64,000 nt of DNA, taken from the NCBI GenBank assembly GCA_031409655.1, contig JANNXQ010000107.1, positions 32,001 to 96,000 on the forward strand, in the 5' to 3' direction. This document shows positions 1 through 9,334 of this stretch, piece after piece (position 1 is the stretch's first letter; each line of letters begins with the position of its first letter). This DNA comes from Chthoniobacteraceae bacterium (GTDB taxonomy: Bacteria; Verrucomicrobiota; Verrucomicrobiia; Chthoniobacterales; Chthoniobacteraceae). The notes below the pieces were generated by a model. It did no database searches, had not been told where the DNA came from, and saw only the letters and a program-made list of their open reading frames with translations. A program made the position numbers and the translations under genes.

Positions 1-522
1 CGAGAGACCGGTTGGACACACCGGATGCTGCGTGAGCGCCGAAAGTTCACTGGCAAAGCCGAGGGTGTCGCCTTCGTGAAAGTAATACAGCGGCTTCTTC
101 CCGAAGCGGTCGCGCGAGCCGAACAGCCGCCGCCGCGCGCGATCGTAGATCACGAACGCCCACATCCCATTCAGCCGCTCGACGAAACCATCGCCCCACG
201 TCCGGTAGCCGTGCAGCAAGACCTCGGTGTCGCTGTGATCGGTGACAAACTCGCAGCCCGCCGCCTGCAACCCCGCGCGCAGTTCCGCGTGATTGTAGAT
301 CTCGCCATTGAAGATCACACTGAGCTGCCCATCGCGCGTCCACATCGGCTGCGCGCCGCCGCCGAGATCGACGATCGACAGCCGCCGATGGCCGAGGAAG
401 ACACCCGCGCTTTCCTCCTGCCAGTGACCCTCAGCGTCCGGGCCGCGGTGGCGGATGGCGTCCGTCATCCGGCGCAGCGTGGCCACATCGCCGCGACCGA
501 CGAAGCCAGCTATCCCGCACAT
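1..522 (-). CDS. asnB: Asparagine synthase (glutamine-hydrolysing)-family amidotransferase, 5' part; continues beyond the window edge
   Basis: Absent from the ORF track (no stop in window). Manual translation from ATG at 522 gives MCGIAGFVG...HRGPD...LGHRRLSIVDL..GAQPM...FNGEIYN...SDTEV...LNGMWAF...RDRFGKKPLYY, the Ntn-GATase N-terminus of AsnB. Confidence 0.92.
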   Translation of the reverse strand, partial: MCGIAGFVGRGDVATLRRMTDAIRHRGPDAEGHWQEESAGVFLGHRRLSIVDLGGGAQPMWTRDGQLSVIFNGEIYNHAELRAGLQAAGCEFVTDHSDTEVLLHGYRTWGDGFVERLNGMWAFVIYDRARRRLFGSRDRFGKKPLYYFHEGDTLGFASELSALTQHPVCPTGLS

Positions 523-532
523 CGGCCCAGAA

Positions 533-626
533 AACGTCGAACATCGAACACCGAACATCGAACATCGAACGGGCAGAGGCCGCAGCCCGTTCGACGTTCG
601 ACGTTCGATGTTCGATGTTCGATGTT
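533..626. repeat. Palindromic heptamer array: 5x AACRTCG-type units, short loop, 5x CGAYGTT
   Basis: Units at 533-567 are mirrored at 592-626, with inner stem AACGGGC/GCCCGTT. Fills the GT2-asnB spacer. Confidence 0.95.
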
Positions 627-628
627 CC

Positions 629-1576
629 TCATTTCCCCGCCAGATTCCTCGTCCCACGCACGAGGTACACGCTCTTATTCTGGCTCTCGTAAAAAGTCCG
701 CATGATCATCTCCGCAAGCAGCCCCATGAGGATGCACATCAGCCCCGTCACCGCGGTAAGCACCGCGCAGAGGAGTAGCGGATTGCGGATAAAAGACTCG
801 CCTTCGACGAGCTTCCGCCACAGCGCCAGGCCGCCGCTCGCGATGCTGACGGACAGCGTCGCGAGGCCGACGGCCCCGAAGAGATACATCGGCTTCTGCT
901 GGAAGCGGTCGAGGAACTTTACCGTCACCAGATCGGCGACCACCTTCAGTACCCGCTCAAGGCCATACTTTGAGTCGCCAGCGGTGCGGGCGGAGTGACG
1001 CACCACGACCTCGGCGATCTCCGCTCCGTGCCAGCGGGCGTAGATCGGCAGGAAGCGGTGCATCTCGCCATAGAGCCGAACGCCTTCGATGACCTCGCGC
1101 CGATACGCCTTCAGCGAACAGCCGAAGTCATGCAGCCGCACGCCGCTGACGAGCGAGATGAGCCGGTTCGCCATGATGCTCGGGAAGTTGCGCTTGATCG
1201 CATTGTCCTGCCGATCCTTCCGCCAGCCGCTCACGACATCGAAGCCTTCGTCGAGCTTCGCGAGGAGCAGCGGGATATCGGCGGGATCATTTTGCAGATC
1301 GCCATCCATCGGGATGATGATCTCGCCGGTCGCGAAATCGAAGCCGGCCATCATCGCGGCGGTCTGGCCGAAATTGCGGCGGAAATGCACCACCTTCACG
1401 CGCGCATCGTGACCCGCGAGTTCGTCGAGTAGTTCGTCCGAGCCGTCCGTCGAGCCATCATTGACGAGCACGAGTTCCCACGGCCCGCCGACTTTCTCCA
1501 TCGCATCGCGCACGCGTTCGTAGAGGGGCTTGAGATTTCCCGCCTCATTGCAGATCGGGATCGTCACGGAAATCAT
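629..1576 (-). CDS. GT2 polyprenol-phosphate glycosyltransferase (ArnC/DPM1-like) with two C-terminal TM helices
   Basis: MISVTIPICNE, VNDGSTD, RRNFGQTAA, MDGDLQNDP, VVSGWR, DFGCSLKAYRRE, MHRFLP. Start reassigned to ATG 1576. Confidence 0.9.
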   Translation of the reverse strand: MISVTIPICNEAGNLKPLYERVRDAMEKVGGPWELVLVNDGSTDGSDELLDELAGHDARVKVVHFRRNFGQTAAMMAGFDFATGEIIIPMDGDLQNDPADIPLLLAKLDEGFDVVSGWRKDRQDNAIKRNFPSIMANRLISLVSGVRLHDFGCSLKAYRREVIEGVRLYGEMHRFLPIYARWHGAEIAEVVVRHSARTAGDSKYGLERVLKVVADLVTVKFLDRFQQKPMYLFGAVGLATLSVSIASGGLALWRKLVEGESFIRNPLLLCAVLTAVTGLMCILMGLLAEMIMRTFYESQNKSVYLVRGTRNLAGK

Positions 1577-1630
1577 CGGGCAACGAACGTAGGAACTCGC
1601 GGAGAGCGGTGGCAATGGAAAAGGCGGGCA

Positions 1631-1686
1631 ATGCTGGATGCTCGATGGCAGCGGCACGTCCCAGCGAGCATCCCGCATCCAGCATC
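1631..1686. repeat. Short inverted heptamer array (GGATGCT/AGCATCC type)
   Basis: ATGCTGG ATGCTCG ATGG ... AGCATCC CGCATCC AGCATC in the divergent intergenic region. Confidence 0.65.
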
Positions 1687-1906
1687 TTCCCTCTGAGAAA
1701 GATGCTTCCCGATTTCCGCCGCGCACGCCACGCTCAGAGTTTCCAGAGCTGCCGGAGATCCGCGGATTTTTCCCCGAGCCCGCAGGCCCGCGCCGCTCGC
1801 CCACCATCCATTCATCCTCATGGTCTTGTTGAAATCATCGACGAGCGGCCAAGGGCGGCAGCTTGCCGAGATTTGGGTGCAAAAGTGCCGCCGCGAACTT
1901 TCACTC

Positions 1907-2023
1907 GGAGAAAACATCGAACATCGAACATCGAACGTCGAACATCGAAAGGCGGATCGAGCGCGCACGGATTCCCTGCGTTCGACGTTCAGTGTTCGAC
2001 GTTCGATGTTCGATGTTTTCTCC
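1907..2023. repeat. Second palindromic AACRTCG/CGAYGTT heptamer array
   Basis: Five units at 1913-1947, five mirrored units at 1983-2017, outer GGAGAA/TTCTCC pairing; ends 10 bp before the wzm ATG. Confidence 0.95.
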
Positions 2024-2033
2024 ACGCCTGCCC

Positions 2034-2897
2034 ATGTCTGACGCCACCACCGAAGACCTCTCGCAGTGGGACCGGGTGCTCGCCCCACAGCGTCCGTGGT
2101 TCGATCTCCGCCTGCGTGAGATCTGGAAATACCGCGACCTCGTTCTCCTCTTCGTGCGCCGCGATTTCACCTCCACCTACAAGCAGACCCTCCTCGGTCC
2201 GCTCTGGTACCTGATCCAGCCGCTCTTCACCACGTTCACCTTCGCGCTGATCTTTGGCTACTTCGCCAAAGTGCGCACCGACGGTCTCCCGCAACTCCTC
2301 TTCTTCATGTCGGGCGTCGTGGCCTGGAGTTACTTCGCGGATTGCCTGGCGAAGACGGCCAATACCTTCCGCGGCAACGCCGGGCTCTTCGGGAAAATCT
2401 ATTTTCCGCGGCTCATCGTCCCGATCTCCATCGTGATCACGAACATGGTCACCTTTCTCATCCAGTTCGGCCTCTTTCTGCTGATGCTTGGCTTCTATTG
2501 GTGGAAGGGCGCGCCCGTTTTCCCCAACTACCGCGTCATCATCCTCCCGCTGCTCATCCTCCAGATGGCGCTCCTGGGGCTCGGTGTCGGGGCGATCGTC
2601 TCTTCGCTCACCACCCGCTGGCGCGATGTCGGGATGCTCGTTGGCTTTGGCACACAGCTCTGGATGTACGGGAGCAGCGTGGTGCTGCCGCTCTCGGCGA
2701 TCCCGGAGGATCTCCGCTGGATCTTCGTGCTCAATCCCATGGTCCCGATCATCGAGACATTCCGCTTCGCCTTCCTTGGTCGCGGCGTGGTCGAGATCTG
2801 GCAGCTCCTGGTCAGCCTCGCCGTCACGCTGGTCATCTTCTTTGCCGGCATCGTCATTTTCAGCCGCGTCGAGCGCGACTTCATGGACACCGTCTAG
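2034..2897 (+). CDS. wzm: Polysaccharide ABC exporter permease
   Basis: EIWKYRDLV..FVRRD..YKQT.LGPLW..IQPL, KIYFPR, LNPM motifs; about 6 TM; followed by the ATPase. Start ATG 2034. Confidence 0.93.
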   Translation: MSDATTEDLSQWDRVLAPQRPWFDLRLREIWKYRDLVLLFVRRDFTSTYKQTLLGPLWYLIQPLFTTFTFALIFGYFAKVRTDGLPQLLFFMSGVVAWSYFADCLAKTANTFRGNAGLFGKIYFPRLIVPISIVITNMVTFLIQFGLFLLMLGFYWWKGAPVFPNYRVIILPLLILQMALLGLGVGAIVSSLTTRWRDVGMLVGFGTQLWMYGSSVVLPLSAIPEDLRWIFVLNPMVPIIETFRFAFLGRGVVEIWQLLVSLAVTLVIFFAGIVIFSRVERDFMDTV

Positions 2898-2901
2898 CCC
2901 G

Positions 2902-4194
2902 ATGCCCACTGCTATCCGCGTCGAGAATCTCTCGAAACAATATCACCTCGGAGCCATCAATCGGCAGATGCTCTACGAAGAGTTGCAGAGCCGCTGGGCG
3001 CGTTGGCGCGGCCTGGAAGATCCGCATTCCAAAGTCGGCGCGCACGCGAAACGCAACGAAGGCGACGGCTCCTTCTGGGCGCTGCGCAATGTGTCCTTTG
3101 AAATCGAGCAGGGCGATGTCGTCGGGATCATCGGACGCAATGGGGCCGGAAAGTCCACGCTGCTCAAGATTCTCTCGCAGATCACTTCGCCGACCGAAGG
3201 CCGCGTGCTGCTCAAAGGGCGCATGGCCAGCCTGCTCGAAGTCGGCACCGGTTTTCATCCCGAGCTGAGCGGACGGGAAAATGTGTTCCTCAACGGCGCC
3301 ATCCTCGGCATGACGCGGGAGGAGATCGCCAGGAAGTTCGACGAGATCGTTGCCTTCGCCGGCGTGGAAGAATTTCTCGATACCCCGGTAAAACGCTACT
3401 CCAGCGGTATGACCGTGCGGCTCGCTTTTGCCGTGGCCGCGCACCTCGAGCCAGAGACGCTCGTGATCGATGAAGTGCTCGCCGTGGGTGACGAAGCCTT
3501 TCAGCGAAAGTGCCTCGGCAAGATGGACGAAGTCTCCCAGCGCGAAGGCCGCACGCTGCTCTTCGTGAGCCACAACATGGCCGCCGTGAACAGCCTCTGC
3601 CGCAACACCATCGTCATGGACGACGGCCGCATCGCCTTCAGCGGACCGACCCCGGAAGCCGTCGGCTACTACCTCCGCCACATCGCGCTCCAGGACGCCG
3701 ACGATCACAGTAATCCGCTCACGTTTCCCGATGTCCCCGCGCAGCCCATCCAGTTCTCCGAGATCGCGCTCCTCGACGCGGCGACGAACCAGCCCGGGTT
3801 GAAATTCGACTACCTCGCCGGGGCCGCGATCGACATCACACTCACCGTGCGCACTGGCGACCGCGACTACTACACCGCCGTCACGATCGCCGATCCGCTG
3901 GGCAACTGGATCATTTTCACCAGCGACGAAGATCTCGTCGAACCGCCGATCAGCAAAGTCGGCCCCGGCCGCTACCGCTATCGCATCGCCATCCCCGGCG
4001 GCCTGCTCAAGCCGGGCAACTACTCGCTCACCGTCGCCGTCTGCAAACGCCCCGTCGGGCGCATCGAACGCTACGACGGGGTCTTCTCCTTCGACATCGT
4101 GGATGTCACCTCGCGCCGCGCGCTGAAGGGCCTCTACCGCAAGCCCGCGCTCGTCGCCCCGGAGATTCCCTGGCCGCTCGTTTCGGCTCCATGA
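2902..4194 (+). CDS. wzt: Polysaccharide ABC exporter ATPase with C-terminal Wzt_C-like domain
   Basis: Walker A GRNGAGKST, signature YSSGM, Walker B LVIDE, FVSH; beta-rich C-terminal extension. Confidence 0.93.
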   Translation: MPTAIRVENLSKQYHLGAINRQMLYEELQSRWARWRGLEDPHSKVGAHAKRNEGDGSFWALRNVSFEIEQGDVVGIIGRNGAGKSTLLKILSQITSPTEGRVLLKGRMASLLEVGTGFHPELSGRENVFLNGAILGMTREEIARKFDEIVAFAGVEEFLDTPVKRYSSGMTVRLAFAVAAHLEPETLVIDEVLAVGDEAFQRKCLGKMDEVSQREGRTLLFVSHNMAAVNSLCRNTIVMDDGRIAFSGPTPEAVGYYLRHIALQDADDHSNPLTFPDVPAQPIQFSEIALLDAATNQPGLKFDYLAGAAIDITLTVRTGDRDYYTAVTIADPLGNWIIFTSDEDLVEPPISKVGPGRYRYRIAIPGGLLKPGNYSLTVAVCKRPVGRIERYDGVFSFDIVDVTSRRALKGLYRKPALVAPEIPWPLVSAP

Positions 4195-5108
4195 CGGCGT
4201 CGCCATTCTTAAATTGGAACGTCGCGGAAGACTCGGCGAACGTCGTCGATTCCGCCGTCGCCCTGCGCAAGAGCAACGCCGAGATCGTCTATGCGCCGAT
4301 CTTTTCCTCCGAGCAGCGCGCGCAGAAGTTTCTCCAAACGGACCGCGTCGTCTGGCGACGGCGCACGCTGGAGAAGTTCGCGCTTTTCACCGGAAAGCCC
4401 ATCGCGGGAAAAGTGATCGAGATCGGCGCGGGCACCGGTTGGTGTTCGGCCGTGCTCTCCCAGGAACCGGCGGTGGAGGAAGTCTATACGCTGGAATACG
4501 ACCGCTACTGCGTGGAGACGCTCATCCCGATGTCGCACCGCGCGCTCGGTGCCAAGGAAGAGAAAATCCGGCGCGTGCTCGGCAGCTTCAACCTCCTGAA
4601 GTGCGGCGACGGCTTCTTCGATCTGGTGGTCTCCATCGGCGCACTGCACCACTCGGAAAATCTGCGCACGACGCTGCGGGAATGCTTCCGCGCGCTGAAA
4701 CCCGGCGGCTGGCTGCTCGCCACGGAGCCGTGCGAATTCAACTCGATGACGCAGCGCGAGCACTACGAAATCATGCATCGCCCGATCCCCTCCGACGACG
4801 GGCGCACCGTCACGAAGGCCGAGAAGTCCGATCACATCGTGCGCCTCTGCCAATACGAAGCCGCCGCCTACGACGCGGGCTTTGATGTGACGTCGTTCGC
4901 CTTCGACGCCACGCCGAAAAGCGGTGGCCGGCTCGCGTCGATTGCGCGAATGGGTAGCGGATTGCTGCGCGGCGACGCGCTCTTCACCGACGCCCGTTCC
5001 TACACCGGTTTTCAACGGCACGTCGCCTATCCCTACTTCGCAAAAAAATCATTTCCCCCGCGCGAGGCGCTGTATGACAAAGGTCTCTTCTTCCTGCAAA
5101 AACCATGA
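4191..5108 (+). CDS. Class I SAM-dependent methyltransferase
   Basis: VIEIGAGTG, FDLVVSIGALHH, LKPGG. Confidence 0.85.
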   Translation: MTASPFLNWNVAEDSANVVDSAVALRKSNAEIVYAPIFSSEQRAQKFLQTDRVVWRRRTLEKFALFTGKPIAGKVIEIGAGTGWCSAVLSQEPAVEEVYTLEYDRYCVETLIPMSHRALGAKEEKIRRVLGSFNLLKCGDGFFDLVVSIGALHHSENLRTTLRECFRALKPGGWLLATEPCEFNSMTQREHYEIMHRPIPSDDGRTVTKAEKSDHIVRLCQYEAAAYDAGFDVTSFAFDATPKSGGRLASIARMGSGLLRGDALFTDARSYTGFQRHVAYPYFAKKSFPPREALYDKGLFFLQKP

Positions 5109-5878
5109 GCCAGCTCGCGGACATCACCTTCCCAAAAACCACGCCGCTCCCGAAGATCCTCGATGCCATCGACGAGTTCGGCGTGCTCATCATTCCCGAC
5201 TATCTCGACGCGGAAAAAGTCACCGGTCTGACCGAGGAATTTCTCCGCTTCTTCGAGACGGAAGCCGCCTACGTGCAGCGGCTCGAGTATAAGGCCGGAC
5301 GCGCTGTCAGCGTCCGCCGTTCGCAACTCGATACCGCGCTCTTTCCGCTGACCGCCGAGGTCTTCGGCTCGGAATACGTGGAGCGGTGCACGGATCGCTA
5401 CTACCGCGGAAAGCCGCACCTCACGAATTTCGAGATCTTCTGCACGCACGATCAGCCGCGCGAGGAGCCGATCAATCCCATCCATTTCGACAAGCTCCAG
5501 TCGCTGAAATTTTTCCTCTATCTCAAGGACACGACCGCGACGAACGGCGCGTTTGATTGCGCTCCCGGCTCACATCACGCCGCTCGTAAAATTGCCAACC
5601 GCCACTTGCGCCGCGGTGGGCGGATGAAGGAAATCCCGAATCAACAGCTCCCGCCCGAAGGCCTGCCGCTCATCCCGATTGAAGGTCCGGCCGGCGCGAT
5701 GATCATCTTCACCACCGACGCGTATCATCGCGGCGGCGTCGTCTCGCCGGGCACCGAGCGTTTCGTGATGCGCGGACACTGCCGGTCGCAGCCCGCTCCG
5801 GTCTATGAGCCGACGCGCGGCAGCCGCCAATGGTGGCGCGAGTCGGCGTTCAATCCGCTGCGGTATCTCCCTGTCTGA
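5105..5878 (+). CDS. PhyH-like Fe(II)/2-oxoglutarate dioxygenase
   Basis: H-x-D (IHFD), LKFFLYLKD...NGAF..PGSH, GPAG...DAYHRG...R. Confidence 0.8.
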   Translation: MSQLADITFPKTTPLPKILDAIDEFGVLIIPDYLDAEKVTGLTEEFLRFFETEAAYVQRLEYKAGRAVSVRRSQLDTALFPLTAEVFGSEYVERCTDRYYRGKPHLTNFEIFCTHDQPREEPINPIHFDKLQSLKFFLYLKDTTATNGAFDCAPGSHHAARKIANRHLRRGGRMKEIPNQQLPPEGLPLIPIEGPAGAMIIFTTDAYHRGGVVSPGTERFVMRGHCRSQPAPVYEPTRGSRQWWRESAFNPLRYLPV

Positions 5879-6939
5879 TGCTGGAGTTTGATTTGTTGGG
5901 CCGCCGGATCGGCCCCGGACATCCGACCTTCGTCATCGCGGAGGCCGGGGTGAATCACAACGGCGACCCGGAACTCGCGAGGAAACTCATCCGCGCCGTG
6001 CGCGCGACCGGCGCGGATTGCGTGAAGTTCCAGACCTTCAAAGCCGAGCGCGTCGTCACCGCCGCCGCGCCGAAAGCGAACTACCAACTCGGCACCACCG
6101 ACCCTGCCGAATCGCAGCTCGCGATGCTGCAAAAGCTGGAGTTGCCCGAGTCCGCGTATCGCGAACTCATCGCCCTCGCCGCCGCCGAGGGTGTCGCCTT
6201 TTTCTCCACACCCTACAATGAGGAGGACGTCGATTTCCTTGCCGGGCTTGGCATCGGCGCCTTCAAGCTCGCGTCGCTCTCCGTCGTCGAGCCCGCCTTT
6301 CTTCGCTACGTCGCGCAGCAGGGGAAACCGATCATCCTCTCGACCGGCATGGCCACACTCGAGGAAGTCGCGAGTGCCGTCGAAACCATGCGCGCCGCCG
6401 GCAACGAACAAATCGTGCTCCTGCAATGCACGACGAACTACCCCTCGCGGCTCGACGATGTGAACCTCCGCGCGATGCTCACGATGCGCGATGCCTGCCG
6501 CGTCCAGGTCGGCTACTCCGACCACACGCCCGGCCACACCGCCTGCATCGCCGCCGTCGCCCTCGGCGCCTGCGTCATCGAGAAACACTTCACCCTCGAC
6601 CGCACCCTGCCCGGCCCCGACCACACGACATCCTGCGACCCCGAAGAGTTCTCCGCTCTGATGCGCGAAATCCGCGCCACCGAACTCCTCCTCGGCTCCG
6701 CCGAAAAAGCGCCGTGCGAAGTCGAGGGCCGAAACGCCATCGGCATGCGCCGGAGCATCGTCGCCCGCCGCCCGATCGCCGCCGGCGAAGTCCTGCGCCC
6801 CGAGATGCTCTCCTTCAAACGCCCCTCCACCGGCATCCCCCCCGCACAGCTCGAAGAACTCGTGGGCCGCAAAGCTCAATGCGACATCGCTGCGGATACC
6901 TTGGTGACTTGGGAAATGTGCGGCGCTGCGCAAACCTGA
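5878..6939 (+). CDS. neuB: NeuB-family nonulosonic acid synthase with SAF domain
   Basis: IAEAGVNHNG, VKFQ, LSTGM, QCTTNYP, GYSDHT, IEKHFTLD..GPDH, RRSIVA...KRP.TGI. Confidence 0.93.
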   Translation: MLEFDLLGRRIGPGHPTFVIAEAGVNHNGDPELARKLIRAVRATGADCVKFQTFKAERVVTAAAPKANYQLGTTDPAESQLAMLQKLELPESAYRELIALAAAEGVAFFSTPYNEEDVDFLAGLGIGAFKLASLSVVEPAFLRYVAQQGKPIILSTGMATLEEVASAVETMRAAGNEQIVLLQCTTNYPSRLDDVNLRAMLTMRDACRVQVGYSDHTPGHTACIAAVALGACVIEKHFTLDRTLPGPDHTTSCDPEEFSALMREIRATELLLGSAEKAPCEVEGRNAIGMRRSIVARRPIAAGEVLRPEMLSFKRPSTGIPPAQLEELVGRKAQCDIAADTLVTWEMCGAAQT

Positions 6940-6961
6940 CAGCAGCAACAATCCTCCAGCG

Positions 6962-7843
6962 ATTCGCCCGAAAATCTACATCTCCACCGCGGCATTCGGC
7001 GGTGCGCCGCTCGGCGACATCTTCGCGCAGTGCGAGGCGGGCGGCATCACCGATCTCGAACTCAGCTCCGGTGCGCGGCTTGAGGCCGGCTGGCGCGAGT
7101 CCGTGCGCGCAGTGCGGCACCGGGGGATGCGCCTGCTCGTTCACAATTACTTTCCGTCGCCGGACGATCCTTTCGTGCTGAATCTCGCCGCTACCGATCC
7201 GGCCATCCGCGACCGCAGCCTTGGCTTCTGTCGCGCGAGTATCGACCTCACTGCGGAACTCGGCGCGCCTTTCTACAGCGTCCACAGCGGCTTCGCACTC
7301 AATCTCACGCCAGAGATGCTCGGTCATCCGGAAGTGCAGGCCGCGGCTGCGGAGCGGATCGCGATTCCCCGCGACGAGGCGCGGACGACTTTTCTTTCGT
7401 CGGTGCGCGAACTCGTCGGATACGCCCGAAGCGCGGGCGTGCGGTTGCTGGTGGAAAACAACGTTCTCTCGCAACGCTATCGCGAGCGGCAGGAGGGAAA
7501 TCCTTTACTGCTCTGCGATGCCGAAGAAGTCCTGTGGCTCATGCGCGAAGTGGCGGATCCCACGCTCGGTCTTCTTTTTGACACTGGCCACGCGAAGGTT
7601 TCCGCCAACGCGCTCGGCTTTGATCCGAACAAGTTTGTCGAAGCTGTAAGTCCGCACATCGGGGCGTGGCATGTGAGCGACAATGACGGCATCACCGATC
7701 AAAACGCGGCTTGTCGCGAAGACTCCTGGTTTCTGCCCGCCCTGCGCAAACATCCCGCCGCGCCAATCGTCATCGAGGTCGGCAAACTGACGGGCGAGGA
7801 AATCTCGCAGCAGATCGCATTGCTCGAACGTGCCCTTTCGTGA
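6962..7843 (+). CDS. Sugar-phosphate isomerase/epimerase-type TIM barrel (AP endonuclease 2 fold); start uncertain
   Basis: HNYFP, YSVHSG, LLVENN, DTGH.KVS, HVSDNDG..D. The frame is open and protein-like (KIYISTAAFGG..DLELSSG) upstream of GTG 7103, but only ATT 6962 or CTG 6926 are available as starts. Confidence 0.75.
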   Translation: MRPKIYISTAAFGGAPLGDIFAQCEAGGITDLELSSGARLEAGWRESVRAVRHRGMRLLVHNYFPSPDDPFVLNLAATDPAIRDRSLGFCRASIDLTAELGAPFYSVHSGFALNLTPEMLGHPEVQAAAAERIAIPRDEARTTFLSSVRELVGYARSAGVRLLVENNVLSQRYRERQEGNPLLLCDAEEVLWLMREVADPTLGLLFDTGHAKVSANALGFDPNKFVEAVSPHIGAWHVSDNDGITDQNAACREDSWFLPALRKHPAAPIVIEVGKLTGEEISQQIALLERALS

Positions 7844-7859
7844 AACGGTTCCTTAGCCC

Positions 7860-9326
7860 GTGAGCAAAGACATCCAACGCAACCTCCTCCCGCTGGCCGC
7901 CACCCTGCGCGAGGCGCTGGCGCTGCTCAATCAAGGCGTCTCCGGCGCGGTCTTTCTCGTTGATGGCGCGGGCGTGCTTTGCGGGCTCTTCACCGACGGC
8001 GACATCCGCCGCGCGCTGCTCGCCGGGGCGACGCTCGACGACGACGCGGCGCGCTGGATGAATCGCAAATTCACCTCGGGCCGCGCCTCCGCGACTCACG
8101 AGGAAAATCTGCGGCTGCTCAGTAAGTCCATCCGCCACCTGCCGATCCTCGACGACGTTGGGCGGCCCGTGGAGTTTCTCTCGTGGGCGGAAATCTGGAA
8201 GTTGCCAGTGACGCAACCGTCGCTCGGTGGGAACGAGCTGAAATACGTGAGCGACTGCATCACCACGAGTTGGATTTCCTCGCAGGGCAGTTACGTCACT
8301 CAGTTCGAGCAGGCCTTCGCGGATTTTCATGGCGTGCCGTCGGCGCTGACAGTTTCGAATGGCACCACTGCACTGCATCTCGTGCTCGCCGCGCTCGGCA
8401 TCGGGCCGGGCGACGAAGTCATCGTGCCCGATCTCACCTTTGCCGCCTCGGCGAATGTGGTCATCCACTGCGGCGCGAAGCCAGTGCTCGCGGATGTGGA
8501 CGCGCGGACGTGGACGCTCGACCCCGCGGACTTTGCTCGAAAAGTAACGCCGCGGACGAAGGCCGTGATGCCCGTGCATCTTTACGGGCATCCGTGCGAT
8601 ATGGATCCGATCATGGAGATCGCTCGGCGGCACGGACTGTTCGTGGTGGAAGATTGCGCCGAGGCGCTGGGCGCGAAGTACAAGGGACGGCTCGTCGGCA
8701 CCTTTGGCGACGCAGGCTGCTTCAGCTTCTTCGCGAATAAGGTGATCACCACTGGCGAGGGCGGCATGGTCTTCACCGGCGATCCCGCGCTGCATCAGCG
8801 CATGAATGTGTTGCGTGATCACGGCATGGAGAAAGGTCGCCGCTACTGGCACGTCTATCCCGGCTTCAACTACCGGATGACCAATATCCAGGCTGCGATC
8901 GGTCTCGCGCAGATGGAGCGCATCGACTTCTTCCTCGAGCGCCATCGCGAGATCGCGCGTCACTACACGGAGCGGTTGCGCGGATTGCCCGGTCTCGTTT
9001 TGCCGCCGGAGGAAGCGTGGGCTTCGAATATTTTTTGGCTCTACTCGATCCTCATCGACGAAACGCGCGCGGGCCTGTCGCGCGATCAACTCGCGCGCTG
9101 GCTTGCCGAGCACGGCGTGGAAACCCGCCAGCTCTTTTTCCCGCTGCACATCCAGCCGCCGTATCCGCAGGGAACGAGCGCCGACTTCCCCATCTCCACG
9201 CAGCTCTCTGCACGCGGCCTCAGCCTCCCGACCTCGAAGGATTTGGAACCCGCGCAGATCGACCGCGTGTGCGACGCCATCGTGCAAGCGCTCGAATCGC
9301 ACCAAGCCGTCGCCGCCGCGCGTTGA
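7860..9326 (+). CDS. CBS-pair fused DegT/DnrJ/EryC1/StrS sugar aminotransferase (perosamine synthase-like)
   Basis: N-terminal G.FTDGDIRRALL..RHLPILD (CBS), then SNGTTALHL, PVHLYG, EDCAEA, FSFFANKVITTGEGG, GFNYRM. Confidence 0.9.
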   Translation: MSKDIQRNLLPLAATLREALALLNQGVSGAVFLVDGAGVLCGLFTDGDIRRALLAGATLDDDAARWMNRKFTSGRASATHEENLRLLSKSIRHLPILDDVGRPVEFLSWAEIWKLPVTQPSLGGNELKYVSDCITTSWISSQGSYVTQFEQAFADFHGVPSALTVSNGTTALHLVLAALGIGPGDEVIVPDLTFAASANVVIHCGAKPVLADVDARTWTLDPADFARKVTPRTKAVMPVHLYGHPCDMDPIMEIARRHGLFVVEDCAEALGAKYKGRLVGTFGDAGCFSFFANKVITTGEGGMVFTGDPALHQRMNVLRDHGMEKGRRYWHVYPGFNYRMTNIQAAIGLAQMERIDFFLERHREIARHYTERLRGLPGLVLPPEEAWASNIFWLYSILIDETRAGLSRDQLARWLAEHGVETRQLFFPLHIQPPYPQGTSADFPISTQLSARGLSLPTSKDLEPAQIDRVCDAIVQALESHQAVAAAR

Positions 9327-9334
9327 TTACCGCG

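Noticed and set aside
25..705. 226-aa plus-strand ORF
   Set aside because: Antisense shadow of asnB.
533..2023. CRISPR array or coding repeats (TSNIERR, RCSMFDV peptides in ORF track)
   Set aside because: These are 7-bp tandem units without spacers; the peptides come from ORFs over-extended through intergenic repeats.
1577..2033. ops/JUMPstart antitermination site before the glycan operon
   Set aside because: No GGCGGTAG-type motif found by eye.
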